Positions 1 through 17,800 of a DNA stretch of 64,000 bases are shown in pieces. A model generated the notes under the pieces. That model saw nothing but the letters and a program-made list of their open reading frames with translations. It made no database searches and was not told the DNA's origin. Numbering within the stretch: position 1 is the first letter of the stretch; the number at the start of each line of letters is the position of its first letter. The position numbers were made by a program, and so were the translations under genes. The stretch comes from Escherichia phage vB_EcoM_SYGD1: sequence record MW883059; one strand, given 5' to 3'.

Positions 1-452
1 GGAATTAAATTATCAAATCCATATTTGATAGATACTTTATGATCGAGTTGGTAAGCACCTTCTACACCGCACACTCCTATTTTATCAGCATTCGGCCATT
101 TTGACCAAATTTTTCTTATTTTAGCTGACTTAGTTATAGAATGAACTCTACTAGCATATAATGCAAACTCTTTTCTTTTACCAGTCCATCGAGGATGTTT
201 ATCGCCTCTTTGCCATGGTCTGCTTATTCCGGATTGAACTTCCGAATTTTTAATAGCAACTTGTTTAATGCTGCATTTTCTACACGCATGTGTGGGTGTT
301 CTATTTAAAAGCTGAATGCTTCTACTAAATTTAATACCGCACAAATCACATTTAGCGTCAACTATTTTATTACTATTCTTTGGCATTAATTCTATTGGAA
401 CAGATACTGTATCATGATATGATACTTCATATCCTAGAATTGCCGACCACAT
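1..452 (-). CDS. HNH-type homing endonuclease (partial; start at 452, runs off window start)
   Basis: Own translation of minus strand: MWSAILGYEVS...CDLCGIKF...CRKC...GAYQLDHKVSIKYGFDNLI; Cys pairs plus DH...N motif typical of HNH nucleases; lies downstream of gene 18 where T4 has gene 19. Confidence 0.5.
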   Translation of the reverse strand, partial: MWSAILGYEVSYHDTVSVPIELMPKNSNKIVDAKCDLCGIKFSRSIQLLNRTPTHACRKCSIKQVAIKNSEVQSGISRPWQRGDKHPRWTGKRKEFALYASRVHSITKSAKIRKIWSKWPNADKIGVCGVEGAYQLDHKVSIKYGFDNLI

Positions 453-517
453 TTTTGAATGATTTCTTGGTTTTATTGTAACAAACTTAGAAATAATCAC
501 TTGTTTCCTCGAGAATA

Positions 518-531
518 GGGGCCGAAGCCCC
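518..531 (-). terminator. GC-rich hairpin (ggggccgaagcccc) just downstream of gene 18 stop
   Basis: Perfect 5-bp stem with cgaa loop seen in sequence; no strong T-run, so may be an RNA stability element rather than a terminator. Confidence 0.35.
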
Positions 532-539
532 ACAATCAA

Positions 540-2519
540 TTAACCTGCAAGACCAGTTAACTCATCGAAATCTGCACCAGTAGCAGTTGCGACGAAATTA
601 AGTTGGATATAATTTATACTACGAGCCGGTTGGATGTAGAATGTTGCAACAAACTCATTTCTATCAATTACTGACGGAGTGTTATTTGTTGTATCGCAAA
701 CTACACGATATTCATAAATTCCACCGAGAGCTTTAATTCCCTGTAAGTATTGGGCAGTTTCTGTGCGGAATGATGAACGAGTAAACGCGTTGTTTAATTC
801 GAACAAACGATATTTTGAACTACGTCCGATATTCGTTTTCAACATATTAAACAGACGACGAACGTTAATACGATCAAATGGAGAAGGAACAGAAGTAGCT
901 GTTTTATCACCATACAATACGTAACCATCACCACCTGTACCAGTTACTGGGTTGATAGCTTCTTGATATAAACGGTCGCGCTGAGCTTGGCGAGTTTCAA
1001 TAGCAAGTTTAATAACGTTAAGAATCTGGCCGCGATTATAACCAGCTGGAGACATCCAAGTCTGAGAAACGTTATCGGTTCTTGCACATAAACCGGCAAT
1101 ATCAGCTGCTAATGGAACCCAGCGATTGACATCATTATATTTGTCATACTGATATTTGTAGTTACCATCAATTGCTGCGTAGGTTGAACTGATATTAAAG
1201 TTATTATCAGTGTATGAACCTGTTGCGGTTCTCCAATTGACTAAGTTATCAACAGCGCGAGTTACAGGAATTCCAACTACAGTTTCGCGCGGTGGTGAGC
1301 ACAATACTAAGCAATCCTGGCGAGCATCCCCAATTGAAACGACGTGTTTTTGGACAGTAGATGCTGTTTCTAAAGATTCGCCGGCACAAGAACCCGCAAT
1401 AAACAACTGAACGTCAACAGATTCGCGGTCAGCAAAGAAGTCCCAAGCTTCCATCAAATCTCCTGCTGTTACTTCAGCATTTGATGATAATCCACCAGAC
1501 AGAGTTAAAATTCCAGAGAATCCTTCTGGCCAATTTTGTGCAGTTGCAAAAATATATTCTGAACCGCCTTTTGCGAAAAAGTCATCAATATAGATGTTAC
1601 TGTCATAAATGTCTTTTTCACCATGCTTTGTTGAAAGAACAATACTTTGAACAATAGCATCATTACGGCGAACTATAATAGCGTATTGTGAATCAGTTTG
1701 TGGTCCATATCCAAACACTGCCTTAGCAGTAGATGCGCGTGTTCCGCCACCTGGATAAATTGGGAGTAATGCAGAAGCACCTTTTGCGTAGTCAGCTTTA
1801 GATACGATTTCAATTTCGATTTTATCGCCCAACTCGCCTGGATAAAGAGCTACTACTCCTGGAATTCCATATTTTTCGAGATTTGCTTGAAATTCAACCG
1901 CTGTCATAGCAGCTTCGGCATTTTCAATCTCAGCTAATAAAATACCGGAATCAGTAATGATTTTTCCAAGAGTTATTACTGCAGCTAAACCAGATGAAGA
2001 CGAAGAAATTTCCGCGGTCCAATTAGAACCTAACGCTGGATACTCACCGACTTCTTTCGCTTTAGCGATAATTTTTGCAGTAGGAATATTAATTTTCTTA
2101 ATTTTTCCATCAGCATCTACTTCGGTAATTTTACCTTCCGTTTCAATGTCTTCTGAAACATACTTAACTGTGATTTTATCTCCAACCGCGTAGTTACTAC
2201 CTGGGGTAGAAATAGTGTATTCAATATTACCAGCAATCGGAGATGAGTTTTTAGCGGTATCTCTATCGACAGCACGCACAACTCGCAAATCATTTCCGTA
2301 TTGTAAGAAATTCATTGCAGACATAAAATAGTCAGCAGTTTCAGCTGTAGGTTGACCAAAAGTATTAACTAAATCTACTTCATTTGTAACCTGTTTGATC
2401 TGAAAAGCAGGACCCCACTGGAATTTACCGGCCAAAGCTGCTGTACCAGTAGAGTTATTAACCACGGTGCTTTGAACCGTAGTTTCTTTGAGCTCAATGC
2501 CCGGAGATAATAAAGTCAT
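540..2519 (-). CDS. 18: Tail sheath protein gp18
   Basis: 659 aa, same length as T4 gp18; position upstream of terminase genes in T4 order; late promoter TATAAATA upstream. Confidence 0.9.
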   Translation of the reverse strand: MTLLSPGIELKETTVQSTVVNNSTGTAALAGKFQWGPAFQIKQVTNEVDLVNTFGQPTAETADYFMSAMNFLQYGNDLRVVRAVDRDTAKNSSPIAGNIEYTISTPGSNYAVGDKITVKYVSEDIETEGKITEVDADGKIKKINIPTAKIIAKAKEVGEYPALGSNWTAEISSSSSGLAAVITLGKIITDSGILLAEIENAEAAMTAVEFQANLEKYGIPGVVALYPGELGDKIEIEIVSKADYAKGASALLPIYPGGGTRASTAKAVFGYGPQTDSQYAIIVRRNDAIVQSIVLSTKHGEKDIYDSNIYIDDFFAKGGSEYIFATAQNWPEGFSGILTLSGGLSSNAEVTAGDLMEAWDFFADRESVDVQLFIAGSCAGESLETASTVQKHVVSIGDARQDCLVLCSPPRETVVGIPVTRAVDNLVNWRTATGSYTDNNFNISSTYAAIDGNYKYQYDKYNDVNRWVPLAADIAGLCARTDNVSQTWMSPAGYNRGQILNVIKLAIETRQAQRDRLYQEAINPVTGTGGDGYVLYGDKTATSVPSPFDRINVRRLFNMLKTNIGRSSKYRLFELNNAFTRSSFRTETAQYLQGIKALGGIYEYRVVCDTTNNTPSVIDRNEFVATFYIQPARSINYIQLNFVATATGADFDELTGLAG

Positions 2520-2547
2520 TTTTAATCCTCTTTAATATGCTTTAATA

Positions 2548-5688
<3,141 letters not shown>

Positions 5689-5729
5689 GATTTCTCCTAA
5701 TCTGGGCTTTAATTAGTTTATAATATTTA

Positions 5730-7431
<1,702 letters not shown>

Positions 7432-7443
7432 TTAAAATCCTTT

Positions 7444-7459
7444 GGGGCCTTGCGGCCCC
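7444..7459 (-). terminator. Hairpin (ggggccttgcggcccc) between wac and gene 13
   Basis: Perfect 6-bp GC stem seen in the 31-nt intergenic gap. Confidence 0.4.
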
Positions 7460-7462
7460 ATG

Positions 7463-8920
7463 TTATGCTGGTGATAAAAAGGTAGAAAGTAGTACCCATT
7501 CGCCGTCTTTACGAACGTAAGCTTGGCCATCTTTTGGAGCTTCAGGGATATAACCTGCTTCTTGTAGAGCTTGAACATCCCCCTGTAATGAAGATACATT
7601 ACTTTTAATACTACGCATTTCTTGATTAATAGAAGAAATGTTAGTTTCATTAGCTTTTATTGAATTAGTTAATCCGCGCTCTTCTACTGTTGAACCATTT
7701 GGATTTGTGCCGCTTACTAGTTTATTTAGTGCAACAACTTGGCCTTTAATTCCAGTAGTGTTATTACCAATTTCAACTTGTAAGTTTTGAACATCATTGT
7801 TCAGTCTATTAACTGAAGTTTCAACAGTTGAAACCCTATTTAAAAGAGACCCAGGAGGAGAAGGCTGACCTCCACTAGAATCAGTTCCAACGATTTGGTT
7901 TAGCCATGAAACGTTTGCTCGTAGTCCAGATGAAGTGTTTTCACCAACAATTCCATTTAAAAACTCAATTGATGTGGTATTATCTTTAATTTGACCTTTA
8001 ATACTAGAAGGAATATCATCTGAGCCAATTGACGTTTCAATGACAGTCAATCGTTGTTTAATACCTCCGCTTTTATTTAGTTCATCATTTAAAGCTGAAA
8101 TTTCTTGTGTATTAGTGTTAACATCTGTGATTATTGAAGTATTTCCTGGATATCCAATAGAAGTTTTGATAGATTTAATTTCGGAACTAAGATTAATCTG
8201 CGATTGATCTAAATTATGAACACGTGAATATATGCTTTCACTGAATGAAGATGGTCTTTGTCCAAGTTCTTGTCTAAGATTTCCGACTTCAATTGTCAGT
8301 GAACCTACATCAGATTCAATAAATTTTTCTTCCAAATCACTTAGACGTATTCCTTGGGAAGTTATAGCATCTGTATTATTAATGATGCGGTGCTTCATAC
8401 CCGTGCTGCTATTTCCTACAACAGGAAGACCATTAATGTCTTGCCCAGCATATTGTCCTAATTCCCTTTTAATCCATAACAAATCATTTCTAATCGTTCT
8501 ATAAACTGAATTTGCTTGCGAATTAAATGGACCAATATCAGAAAGAATATTATCAACCGTAGTATTTGTACCATTTAATATATCAGTATGTTCATTCGTG
8601 AGTGTCTTTAAATTTGATATATCATTTTTATTAACACTGATCTGTGATAGCGCTTCTATATCTCCTGATACATCTAAAATGCCTTGAATGGTTTTAATAT
8701 CTTCCTGAGATGTTTCAATGGCAGTTTTAAGAATTCCTACATTTTCGTCGAGAACCTCGACATTTTTAAACACAGAAACAGTTGGTCTATTCATTGACCC
8801 ATCGTTTCCATACTTAGTACTAGCTCCTAATATTTCTTCACCATTTTTAATCCATGAAATACGTTCCTGACCTTCGCCAGGAACGCTATCAACAAAAGGT
8901 AACTCTTTTAATTCAATCAT
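7463..8920 (-). CDS. wac: Fibritin (whisker) Wac
   Basis: 485 aa; C-terminal [27 protein letters not shown] matches the T4 fibritin foldon; coiled-coil rich. Confidence 0.95.
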   Translation of the reverse strand: MIELKELPFVDSVPGEGQERISWIKNGEEILGASTKYGNDGSMNRPTVSVFKNVEVLDENVGILKTAIETSQEDIKTIQGILDVSGDIEALSQISVNKNDISNLKTLTNEHTDILNGTNTTVDNILSDIGPFNSQANSVYRTIRNDLLWIKRELGQYAGQDINGLPVVGNSSTGMKHRIINNTDAITSQGIRLSDLEEKFIESDVGSLTIEVGNLRQELGQRPSSFSESIYSRVHNLDQSQINLSSEIKSIKTSIGYPGNTSIITDVNTNTQEISALNDELNKSGGIKQRLTVIETSIGSDDIPSSIKGQIKDNTTSIEFLNGIVGENTSSGLRANVSWLNQIVGTDSSGGQPSPPGSLLNRVSTVETSVNRLNNDVQNLQVEIGNNTTGIKGQVVALNKLVSGTNPNGSTVEERGLTNSIKANETNISSINQEMRSIKSNVSSLQGDVQALQEAGYIPEAPKDGQAYVRKDGEWVLLSTFLSPA

Positions 8921-8929
8921 TTGTAATCC

Positions 8930-10486
8930 TTAGTAATGAATTTTAATAATATAGTTTAATGATATATTCCATGGTCTAGTTTCATATCCGATAAGTCCTT
9001 CACGGTTTAACGTGCCAAACGAGTCACGAGCACCACCCATTTCAAATCCGTCGTTAGTAAAGAACAAATGGTTGTCCCAGTCGGCGCTTTTACCATTGCC
9101 TAAATATCCATTGCCATTAGATGCGCCAAACGGTGCATAACCTCTGTTATTTCCATTTTCCCCCCAGGCACCAGCATGTTTATGGTATGACATTTGTTGT
9201 GCCTGAACACCGCCAACATGCATTCCGTCACATCCTACACCAAGTCTATCCTTCCCGTAGCCATCTTGTCCTCGTTGATTTAAAATATGACTGCCGGTAC
9301 CAGCTCCTCTAACAAAAAGACCTCGCATATCAGGAATACCAGGATTATTCCAATCACCGCCAAATCTTGTTCCAACCACATTTCGATAGTCCGGAAATTG
9401 GTCTCCAGAAATGGTCCCACCATGACATAAAACCCAACCTGGAGGAGCGCTATCACCTGCGAACATTTGAATTGTTCCAACAGGAACACGTTCAGATGCA
9501 TATCTCTCTGTTGCAACTGGCTGGTCACCGTTTTTCCACATTCCGCCGCGCGACCAAATTCCGTTTGCTGTAAGATGGTCTAAATTTAAAGAACCATTAA
9601 TAGTTTGTCCACCACGAGTATTAATTACATCTGCGTTCCATGCTAATGCACCAGAGCTATCACCTTCAGGGGCAATACCGGCTTGCGTCGTTAATTTTAC
9701 CACCCCACGCATAGAACCAGTAGCTCCTCGACCATTTAGTGTTTCACCTGTTACTGCAACATCTCCTAAATTACTGTTAATTTCCGATTGTGTCCCTAAA
9801 CGTATAACACCCTTATATTCTTGTGTTGCAACAGAATTCATAAAGGTATACGGAGAAATTGCATATCCTTCGCGGAGAGTTCCTTGACGAATTTGTGCAA
9901 CAGTAGATAATTGAACTACTCCTCTCACCGATTCTGTTGCAGTGTCTTCTGAAGGAGCTATTTGCGAAATTAATTTTATTGCAAGTTTTTGGGTTTTTAG
10001 CGGAGTCATCGCAGTAGTATCATCAACTCCAGCCAAAGCTGCAGGTGTAGATGATATTTTAATAACCCCGTTTGATGACTCAGACGAATATCTATTTTTG
10101 AACACATCGTCAGTGTGGTATTTCAGTTTTTGTGGTGTTATTGATGAATTATTATCTGAGCCTTTTAATGTTTCTTCATTTGTTGAATAACGCGTTAAAC
10201 CATATTTAGTTTCAGTAGCATTTGGATACAATAATCTTGTTGCTAATGTAGCTGGTGTAACGATTTTAGAATTATTAGTTCCATCTAAAACCTCTTGCTC
10301 TGACGCAATCATTGCTATTCCTTTAACTTCCATAGTTGCGTCAGGAATACCATTTACGCCGATATTACTTATTTTTGATAATGCAGACTGTACTGTCGTA
10401 ACAGTGCCAGGAAAATTCGATCCAGTAGGATCGAATTTAACATATTTTGATTCATTTGATACGTGCTGATATGTATTGTTACTCAT
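8930..10486 (-). CDS. 12: Short tail fiber gp12
   Basis: 518 aa (T4 about 527); synteny between wac and 11. Confidence 0.85.
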   Translation of the reverse strand: MSNNTYQHVSNESKYVKFDPTGSNFPGTVTTVQSALSKISNIGVNGIPDATMEVKGIAMIASEQEVLDGTNNSKIVTPATLATRLLYPNATETKYGLTRYSTNEETLKGSDNNSSITPQKLKYHTDDVFKNRYSSESSNGVIKISSTPAALAGVDDTTAMTPLKTQKLAIKLISQIAPSEDTATESVRGVVQLSTVAQIRQGTLREGYAISPYTFMNSVATQEYKGVIRLGTQSEINSNLGDVAVTGETLNGRGATGSMRGVVKLTTQAGIAPEGDSSGALAWNADVINTRGGQTINGSLNLDHLTANGIWSRGGMWKNGDQPVATERYASERVPVGTIQMFAGDSAPPGWVLCHGGTISGDQFPDYRNVVGTRFGGDWNNPGIPDMRGLFVRGAGTGSHILNQRGQDGYGKDRLGVGCDGMHVGGVQAQQMSYHKHAGAWGENGNNRGYAPFGASNGNGYLGNGKSADWDNHLFFTNDGFEMGGARDSFGTLNREGLIGYETRPWNISLNYIIKIHY

Positions 10487-11160
10487 GCTACTCTCTCAAA
10501 ATAATAAAATACTGTAGGTTGTGTGTGACTATCTAGCGTAACAGTTTGCGCACCTAATAATTGCCAAGTTCCATACCCAGGTTTAGAAGGAGAAATTATT
10601 TCCTGTTTGAAAGTAATTCCTTTATCAGAGTATTGTTCTAAGATATGTTCTTGGTTATCTAAATACTTAACTTGTATTTTATTTCCTATGGTAGGATGGT
10701 CTTCAAATGAATCAATTGCAATAAATTTTACAACCATTTCCTGTAGAGCTATTCTAACGGCACTAGTAAATTCAATTGAAGTCATTCCATTAGTAGCTTT
10801 AACTGGAATGCCAAACATGTTAACAATAACTGGGTCACCCGGTTTAGCTGAAGTATCAGTAACAGTTCCGTCAAATGACCAATAGTCTGTTTGCTGCACG
10901 CCAGTAGGAGATACGCCGCTTATATTAACTAATACAGCTCCAACTTGTTGCTCTGCCATATTTCTAACATCATTGATAGCAGATTCTACATTTGGGTCAT
11001 AAAAACCTTTTGCTATTTGTGAAATTGTTACAGCGCCTACTGGCTGATTATTCATAACCGAAATATCATTTTTCTTAGTTCTAAAACCAAGAAAATCTGC
11101 TAAGCGGGAAATAACTCCCGCTTTATTATTAAGTAAACTCATTATGCAATCCTTATCCAA
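10483..11160 (-). CDS. 11: Baseplate wedge gp11
   Basis: 225 aa; synteny. Confidence 0.8.
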   Translation of the reverse strand: MDKDCIMSLLNNKAGVISRLADFLGFRTKKNDISVMNNQPVGAVTISQIAKGFYDPNVESAINDVRNMAEQQVGAVLVNISGVSPTGVQQTDYWSFDGTVTDTSAKPGDPVIVNMFGIPVKATNGMTSIEFTSAVRIALQEMVVKFIAIDSFEDHPTIGNKIQVKYLDNQEHILEQYSDKGITFKQEIISPSKPGYGTWQLLGAQTVTLDSHTQPTVFYYFERVA

Positions 11161-12947
11161 CGGTATACAGTAATAGACGGTTGAATATTACTAATATTAG
11201 CAGGAGGAGTATGTGAAGAGTTTGTTGTTGCGTAATCTTCACGATATTTTGTATATATAGGACCAGTTTCATCTGGGTCATATTGGCAACCTCCAATAAT
11301 AACCGATCCATTTTCGTCTTCAATTAAAACTCTTTCGTCGGTTTTAGTTGCAGGAAGATTTGCGTTTTCAAGCGTTACTGATGTTGTTCCAACTGTTCCA
11401 CCGGCAGTATGTGAAGGATTTCCGCTAGAATCTAAATCATTGTTGTTTAAAGCAAAGTTTGGATCTGTAACATCATCATTCCATCCTACTAAAACTTGTC
11501 CTTTACCAAATAATTTCCACGAACCAAACCCCATATAAGTCACCGGATTATTTGGGTTTATAGCATTTTCATAAATTGAACCTACGGGATAAATGCTATC
11601 GAAAATAGATGATATTGAATTATACGTTCTAGTATAAGAATCAACTTTTTCAACATTTGGCCAACCGATTTTATCAAAATCTGTTAAGGCTACATCCCCA
11701 GTAACTTCAGTAGATGATCCTTTACTAACATAACGGTCATCAGTTAATTCAATAATGTCATCTTTTTCTAAAAGAGTTCCTAAATCATTATTAAACCATG
11801 TTATAACGATTATATCACCTGATTCAAATTTTCTATCAAATAAAAGACTGACAGGTTTTCCATCTTCATATTCTATAGAATAATCTGTGTTAGATTCTTT
11901 CCATTCACCACCAAGAGATATACATCCTGCTTGCGTATCTGAGTTAGCACCTTCACACAAAAACAGAGGATATCCTGCTGTTCCAGCCTGTTGTTGTAAA
12001 ATTCCATTAAAACGAACTTCAAGAGAATTAGGATTAATAGGTTCTCCAGGAATTAATCCAAATGCAGAGAATGGAATTGATTTCATTGTTGATAAATCAG
12101 TAACGTAAATACTTCCTTCTAAAGAAGTTTTTGACGTTAATTTTGAATCTAATACTTTTATTTGGCGTCTTGTATATGAACTTCTCCATTGTGATATACC
12201 ATCCATAAATGTTTCAATTTGAACAGTGTCACCAATATTACAAGGCTGTCTTAACCTAATATTAAATCCATCAAGAGGAATCAATTCTCCTTCATTTTCC
12301 CCAGGAGAGCCAAAGTCACTGTTTTCACTAAATACATCGCCGTAATATAATTCATTACCACGGTGTTTTACTCGGATGTTATTAACATTATAGCTAGTTC
12401 CGCGGAAAACATCTAAAAAGTCTGTTTGTCCTTGAACTTCGACTAAAAATTCTTTACGTGCTACATTACTAATATCTGAACTAATAATTTTGTCAATTTG
12501 TTTGTTTTTGACATATTCCCAACGTCCTGGAGCACAATAAACGAGCTCTAAATCACTAAATTGAATATTAATTTCAACTGACGATGACGACCCTTTAATT
12601 GTATCCCCAGAAGCAGCTACTAAAGTAACTGGATTAATGTTCCATGTTGCAAATACATCCCTAGCTCTAATTACTTTATTATAATCATTAACAGTTCCTT
12701 TAGGAAGTTGTAAAGTTACTCTTCCAGAAGAGGTATTAATAGCGTATGATTTTCCCCACTTAGCTTTTAATGTTTGACCGGATGAAGCATTATAAGTTTT
12801 CCAGGCACCGGCTGAATATGGAACATCTCCATCGCCAAGTTCATAATAAAGTTCATCAAAGTTTTCATTTATTTTTATACCACCTTTACGCAGGTAGTCA
12901 CCGGTACCATCATCAACAACATTACCGATATTAATATTTTGTTTCAT
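11142..12947 (-). CDS. 10: Baseplate wedge gp10
   Basis: 601 aa; synteny. Confidence 0.8.
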   Translation of the reverse strand: MKQNINIGNVVDDGTGDYLRKGGIKINENFDELYYELGDGDVPYSAGAWKTYNASSGQTLKAKWGKSYAINTSSGRVTLQLPKGTVNDYNKVIRARDVFATWNINPVTLVAASGDTIKGSSSSVEINIQFSDLELVYCAPGRWEYVKNKQIDKIISSDISNVARKEFLVEVQGQTDFLDVFRGTSYNVNNIRVKHRGNELYYGDVFSENSDFGSPGENEGELIPLDGFNIRLRQPCNIGDTVQIETFMDGISQWRSSYTRRQIKVLDSKLTSKTSLEGSIYVTDLSTMKSIPFSAFGLIPGEPINPNSLEVRFNGILQQQAGTAGYPLFLCEGANSDTQAGCISLGGEWKESNTDYSIEYEDGKPVSLLFDRKFESGDIIVITWFNNDLGTLLEKDDIIELTDDRYVSKGSSTEVTGDVALTDFDKIGWPNVEKVDSYTRTYNSISSIFDSIYPVGSIYENAINPNNPVTYMGFGSWKLFGKGQVLVGWNDDVTDPNFALNNNDLDSSGNPSHTAGGTVGTTSVTLENANLPATKTDERVLIEDENGSVIIGGCQYDPDETGPIYTKYREDYATTNSSHTPPANISNIQPSITVYRWIRIA

Positions 12948-13813
12948 TATTGAGCCACCCCGATTTTCTGCGTAGCGATAACTTTAACTGCTGCTCTCAT
13001 ACCGACAGTTGAAGAACTTATAGTCGCCGTTACATAATTTTCTTTAATACTAAATGCAATATTAGCGATTTCGTCTTCTTCGGTTTCATTCCCAACCCGC
13101 ATGACAGCATATTCAGAAGAAATGACCGTTGAATTAACAGTATCTACAAGAATATTTATTTCTGCCGTTTTAATTTTTCTTCCATCTACCGATTGACACG
13201 TAACTAGTAATTTAGCCATATTGTATTCAGTACGATGAAATAATGGAATGTCAACTGATCCGGATGTAGAAATATTCCATGTACCTTCAGCCGGTGATTC
13301 CTTTTGGCCAAACATACTTTCAATAGAATAATTCCAAACTGACGTAGAATTATCAGATGAAATACAACGTAAAGTAACTTTACTATATGGGCTAGTTACT
13401 ACCAAATTACCTGAAACACCTTTAATTGAATCAATCGCTTGAATCGTTAAAGGATTGGTAACTGATATAGATCCATTTGAGTTAATAAATTCAACGCAAT
13501 CACCAAGTTCGCCTCTTTCAATGATAACTTTAACACCTACAGCAGAGGTATCAATATCGTGTCTAGTACCAACTTTCACCGGAGTTGCGTACTCTGTGAT
13601 AGAATGCTTTTGATAATATCCAGTAGCATGGATAATTTGGCCGTCAGCACCAGTACCATTTGCTACTGCCATTTTACGCTGATCGCCAAACGCGTTATAA
13701 ATTGCATTAAAATCACTATTAATTTTATTACCACCGTCGAATAAGATATCACCAGTAGAAGCGTTACCAATTTCGCCGGTATCAATCAATTTCTTTGGTT
13801 CTTGAATGAACAT
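12947..13813 (-). CDS. 9: Baseplate wedge / long tail fiber socket gp9
   Basis: 288 aa as T4 gp9; synteny. Confidence 0.8.
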   Translation of the reverse strand: MFIQEPKKLIDTGEIGNASTGDILFDGGNKINSDFNAIYNAFGDQRKMAVANGTGADGQIIHATGYYQKHSITEYATPVKVGTRHDIDTSAVGVKVIIERGELGDCVEFINSNGSISVTNPLTIQAIDSIKGVSGNLVVTSPYSKVTLRCISSDNSTSVWNYSIESMFGQKESPAEGTWNISTSGSVDIPLFHRTEYNMAKLLVTCQSVDGRKIKTAEINILVDTVNSTVISSEYAVMRVGNETEEDEIANIAFSIKENYVTATISSSTVGMRAAVKVIATQKIGVAQ

Positions 13814-13837
13814 AGCGGTTTCCTTATGAGTTTATAG

Positions 13838-13845
13838 TATTTATA
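13838..13845 (-). promoter_or_regulatory. Late promoter (TATAAATA) for gene 9
   Basis: Minus-strand TATAAATA about 25 nt upstream of gene 9 start, just after hairpin gggagcccatgggctccc (13854-13871). Confidence 0.55.
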
Positions 13846-13876
13846 AAGAAAAAGGGAGCCCATGGGCTCCCTTAAT

Positions 13877-14881
13877 TTAAAATGTAAACAGAATATTGAT
13901 TTCTTCTGTCTGATCCATTGCCATGATAATAGGTGGCCTATTTTCCATATAAATCATTTCGCCCGAATGCCTCATTAAATCTTCTGGATCATAATAATCC
14001 TTTTCAGCTTTAACATTTGGGTCATTTGGATGAGCTTTAGCTTCAAGAGGATTTGTGATTATTGATATTTGTCTAAATCCTTTATTTCCTGGCAATGCAG
14101 CATCAGGAAAGTAAACTGAATCTAAATATGCTTTAAAACGGATAGTATTTGCCTTAACCCGGTAAATTAATCCAAAATCATCTTGTTGCCAAGTGAGATT
14201 ATCTTCATACCCCCATCTAGTTGGATCTTCTTTTAATTCCTCAGGCCAAGGAACTACGATATATTCATTTGTGCATCTATTTATAGATACATCGGGCGGA
14301 ATCTCAAAAAGATATTCCCAAACATATCCGTCTCCAGGTTCGATTGTTCCTTCCACATCTCCTCGACCTTCAGGAGGAGTCATTGACCTAACAGAAGGAG
14401 TCCATTTTCCGCCTAATTTGAGGCATTCATCCTTATTAGTTAAAGATGCTATTGAACACATTCCGGTATCAGGAACATCTAAACAACGATATACTAACCA
14501 GCCTGCGCCTGATTCAGTAGCGTTGTAAGGAGCTGAGTTACACACTACAATATCGTTAATTCTAAATGTGTATGGATCCGGATATCTAGTATCTCCCCAA
14601 TCTCTGCGAGGAATAACAGCGTCAAGCATTGATGGAAGAACTTTTACTGTTCCCATCATATGCGTCCACATGTCAGTTACGCCTAATACAGAATCGGTTG
14701 GATAAGGTGGGGCAAAGCCCACCTCATTTTCATTTGATGACCACGGTTCTGATCTTCCAAATGTGATAAAGATAGTGTTTTTATCCGGACCACTCCCAAT
14801 TGAATTATAAAAATTCAACATTTTTTCTGTTCTAAATTTTGAAGTAACTATCGCACGATAGATAACACTTGAATCATTCAT
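13877..14881 (-). CDS. 8: Baseplate wedge gp8
   Basis: 334 aa as T4 gp8; synteny. Confidence 0.8.
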   Translation of the reverse strand: MNDSSVIYRAIVTSKFRTEKMLNFYNSIGSGPDKNTIFITFGRSEPWSSNENEVGFAPPYPTDSVLGVTDMWTHMMGTVKVLPSMLDAVIPRRDWGDTRYPDPYTFRINDIVVCNSAPYNATESGAGWLVYRCLDVPDTGMCSIASLTNKDECLKLGGKWTPSVRSMTPPEGRGDVEGTIEPGDGYVWEYLFEIPPDVSINRCTNEYIVVPWPEELKEDPTRWGYEDNLTWQQDDFGLIYRVKANTIRFKAYLDSVYFPDAALPGNKGFRQISIITNPLEAKAHPNDPNVKAEKDYYDPEDLMRHSGEMIYMENRPPIIMAMDQTEEINILFTF

Positions 14882-17800
14882 CTATTTTAACCTGTGTTGG
14901 ATTTTCAGGGTCTCTTGGATTTCCTATATTATCTTTTAGACGTTTATTAACTAAATCCCTAAACTGTGCAAATGTTGTTCCAGATGCGTCAAATAGAGGA
15001 CTCATTAACTTGCGTCGTTCAGAAGGCAATTGACCTTGAAATATTGAATTATTATTTTCAGCATTATAGTCATCAGGAAGAGGATATTCTACACCAGCCA
15101 TTGGGCCAGGTTCATAAATTGCTTCGCCTGTTACTGAGTCATGCTCAATTTCACCGGTTGGAGTTAATTTAGCTACTCTATCAGCATATTCAGTAGGCAA
15201 TCCAGAATCCCATTTATAGTTTTTGTATTTATTAATTATAGTCTCTGTATGTTTAAGAGTTAAACCAACATTAATAAACATTGTTAAAAGGGTAATTGCT
15301 ATAAATCCAAATCCTACTGGATGAACAAAACGAATAACGTCAGATTTCCAGCGGGAAGAAGGTAAATTGGATTTAATTTTCATTACATAATATGATCTAC
15401 TTCTATTAATATAGTCTATATTATTTTGAAGCAAATCCTTTCCTTTAACCCCGCGAATAATTTCGCCTTCGAAACTAGGGAGTCTTTCTGCTTTAACTTC
15501 TTGACCGGCAATTAATCTTCCCAAAAGATTATGAATAGTTACGGTCCATTGCAATTTGCCATTGGAATAGCTTCTTTCTATATAAGTAACATTACATCTT
15601 CCTGTAGCAGTATAAATCGTTTGTCCTACTAAATCTTCAGTCAAAGAATCAGATTGAACGATTATATCATATTCAGTACCAGCCCCAGATTCAATTTCAA
15701 TTTCAACTTCTTCATTATAAAGAACTTTAAAAAGAAATTTGTATGATGCTTCAATTCCTTTAGTAGAATAAAAATCATAGCTACGTGATTCAAAAAATCT
15801 TGCAACAGCATCACGTTTGTCAGCATTTAAATAAATGTTTCTTTTATATATCTCTGACCACAAATATTCCCACGCATGCTCTTCTCGCGGATATTGGTTA
15901 CGAATTAAATTTCGTAAATTATTATACTGAGTTCCATATCCATCAGAAAGATACTGAATATATGCTTCGCAGAATGCCTCAAAATTAGAATCCTGTAGCA
16001 AATAAGAATCAGGCATCATTGTGCCAATCAATGGTCTTAAATCAGGATCAGCTAATCCATGCTCTTCTTCCGGGGACCAAGGAGTTTCACGCTCTTGGTT
16101 TTGTAAAAATGCTTTTAAAAATATTCCAGTTGGCTTCCAAATTATTTCAACCGTGTCTCTCACTCGATAGTTAAAATCATAGTAAGAAATTATTTCACCA
16201 GAAGATTTATAAAAAAGCATCCCAGACGCGTATTTTTTAAATCCCGTGAATTTAACATTTGGCATTACTATCGTACAATCACCATCATCCCAATATTCAT
16301 GAACTAATCTATCTGGCGATGTTTCCGGAATATTTTCTATAACTTTAGTGTATTTTAAATCAGCATAAACTACTACAGCTCTATCAGAGTTGTTTATCCA
16401 ACAGCGTGTGTTAGATTTTTTAGACCAGTTAAAGAATGGTTCTGCATAGTATTTCATCGGCTGAGGTGTAAAAGTTTCCCAATCAGATTTTTCATCTGCT
16501 ATAAATGCCATCATATGATAATGCTTATCAGCTAGCCATTCACGAGGAAATTCATATTTAACAGCACCGATTAACTGATATTTCGCTGCAGTTTCAGGGT
16601 CATTAACAATGTTATCACTTAAAAATTTAAAATTACTCGAAGACAGAGAAACTAATTTACCATCAGTTGACATATTCGCATATCCAGGTTGAATACGTCT
16701 TCTTTCTTCTTCAGTGTTGCCAAAAACTCTTTTCCATGTTTTTTCGTCATGATTTAAAACATATATTCCTTTATCGGCAGAATCAATTATTTTTGATGTT
16801 CTAGGATTAGCATTTAATGTTTCAACTTCACCAATAATAAGAGCAAAAACTTTATCACCGACAGAATCCATTTTATAGCATACTGCTTTAGGATTTCCAG
16901 TTATAGTCATCGTATCAGGTTCAAATAGCCTTTCCGAATATGTTGGAGATAATGGGTCAGAATCTATAGGTGCATTACTCGTTTTTATGTATCTAACTTT
17001 GTCTCTGGCGACAACGTAAATGTAATCATCGGTGCAAGTAATAGCTTCTGCAATGCGGTATACATTAGCTGGCAAAGTCGCGTAAGTGGCAAAAATTTCT
17101 ACATCAAATCCTAGATGTAATTGGTCGCCAAGTTTAGCAAATGTTATATCCTGCGAACTAAATCTGACATCATCAGCTGACCATCTAACATCAGTAGATT
17201 TGCGGCCATAGAAAATCTTGTCGTATCCTAGAACGTATGTTGTGTTTGCAGATTGGTAATATACTGTCTTAGATAAAGGATATCCTACGCGGTCATTGAA
17301 GAGTTTTACAGCTTTCCAAGTTTGTCCTTTATCATTAGATACTTTAACTACAGGTTGATAACGCTCAAAAAGATATAGAATCCCTTCTGATTCCATCAAA
17401 TAAACTCGGTTAATATCCTTACATACTTGCTGAATAGAACCTTGTATTTCATGATACTCATTTTCACCAATAATAAAATTACTTATTGATGAAACATCAA
17501 CATATGATGGGCTGAATTGAAACGATTCGTTCATCAATGCAGCCATTATAGTGTCATTGTTAAAATTGACATAGTCAGAATTATTAAGAGTAAATTTTTC
17601 CTGAATGAATTTATTAGCTAATTGCATTTCAATCATGTTTTGAAATATATAAGCGTTTGTAGCAAAAGTTTCAAACTCTTCAGTATAAATCCAATCAGAC
17701 TGCTCAAAATCCTGCGCAGCTGTAGCTACTCTAATAATGTACGATGTCAATGGATTAGCGTTATCAAAAAAGAAGCTGTTATTTGCAGTATATCCTAAGT

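Noticed and set aside
1210-2193. Plus-strand ORFs (1210-1410, 1957-2193) inside gene 18, and similar antisense ORFs within genes 17, wac, 12, 7, 6 and 5
   Set aside because: They lie wholly within long, syntenic structural genes on the opposite strand and have no promoter or ribosome-binding site; most likely chance ORFs.
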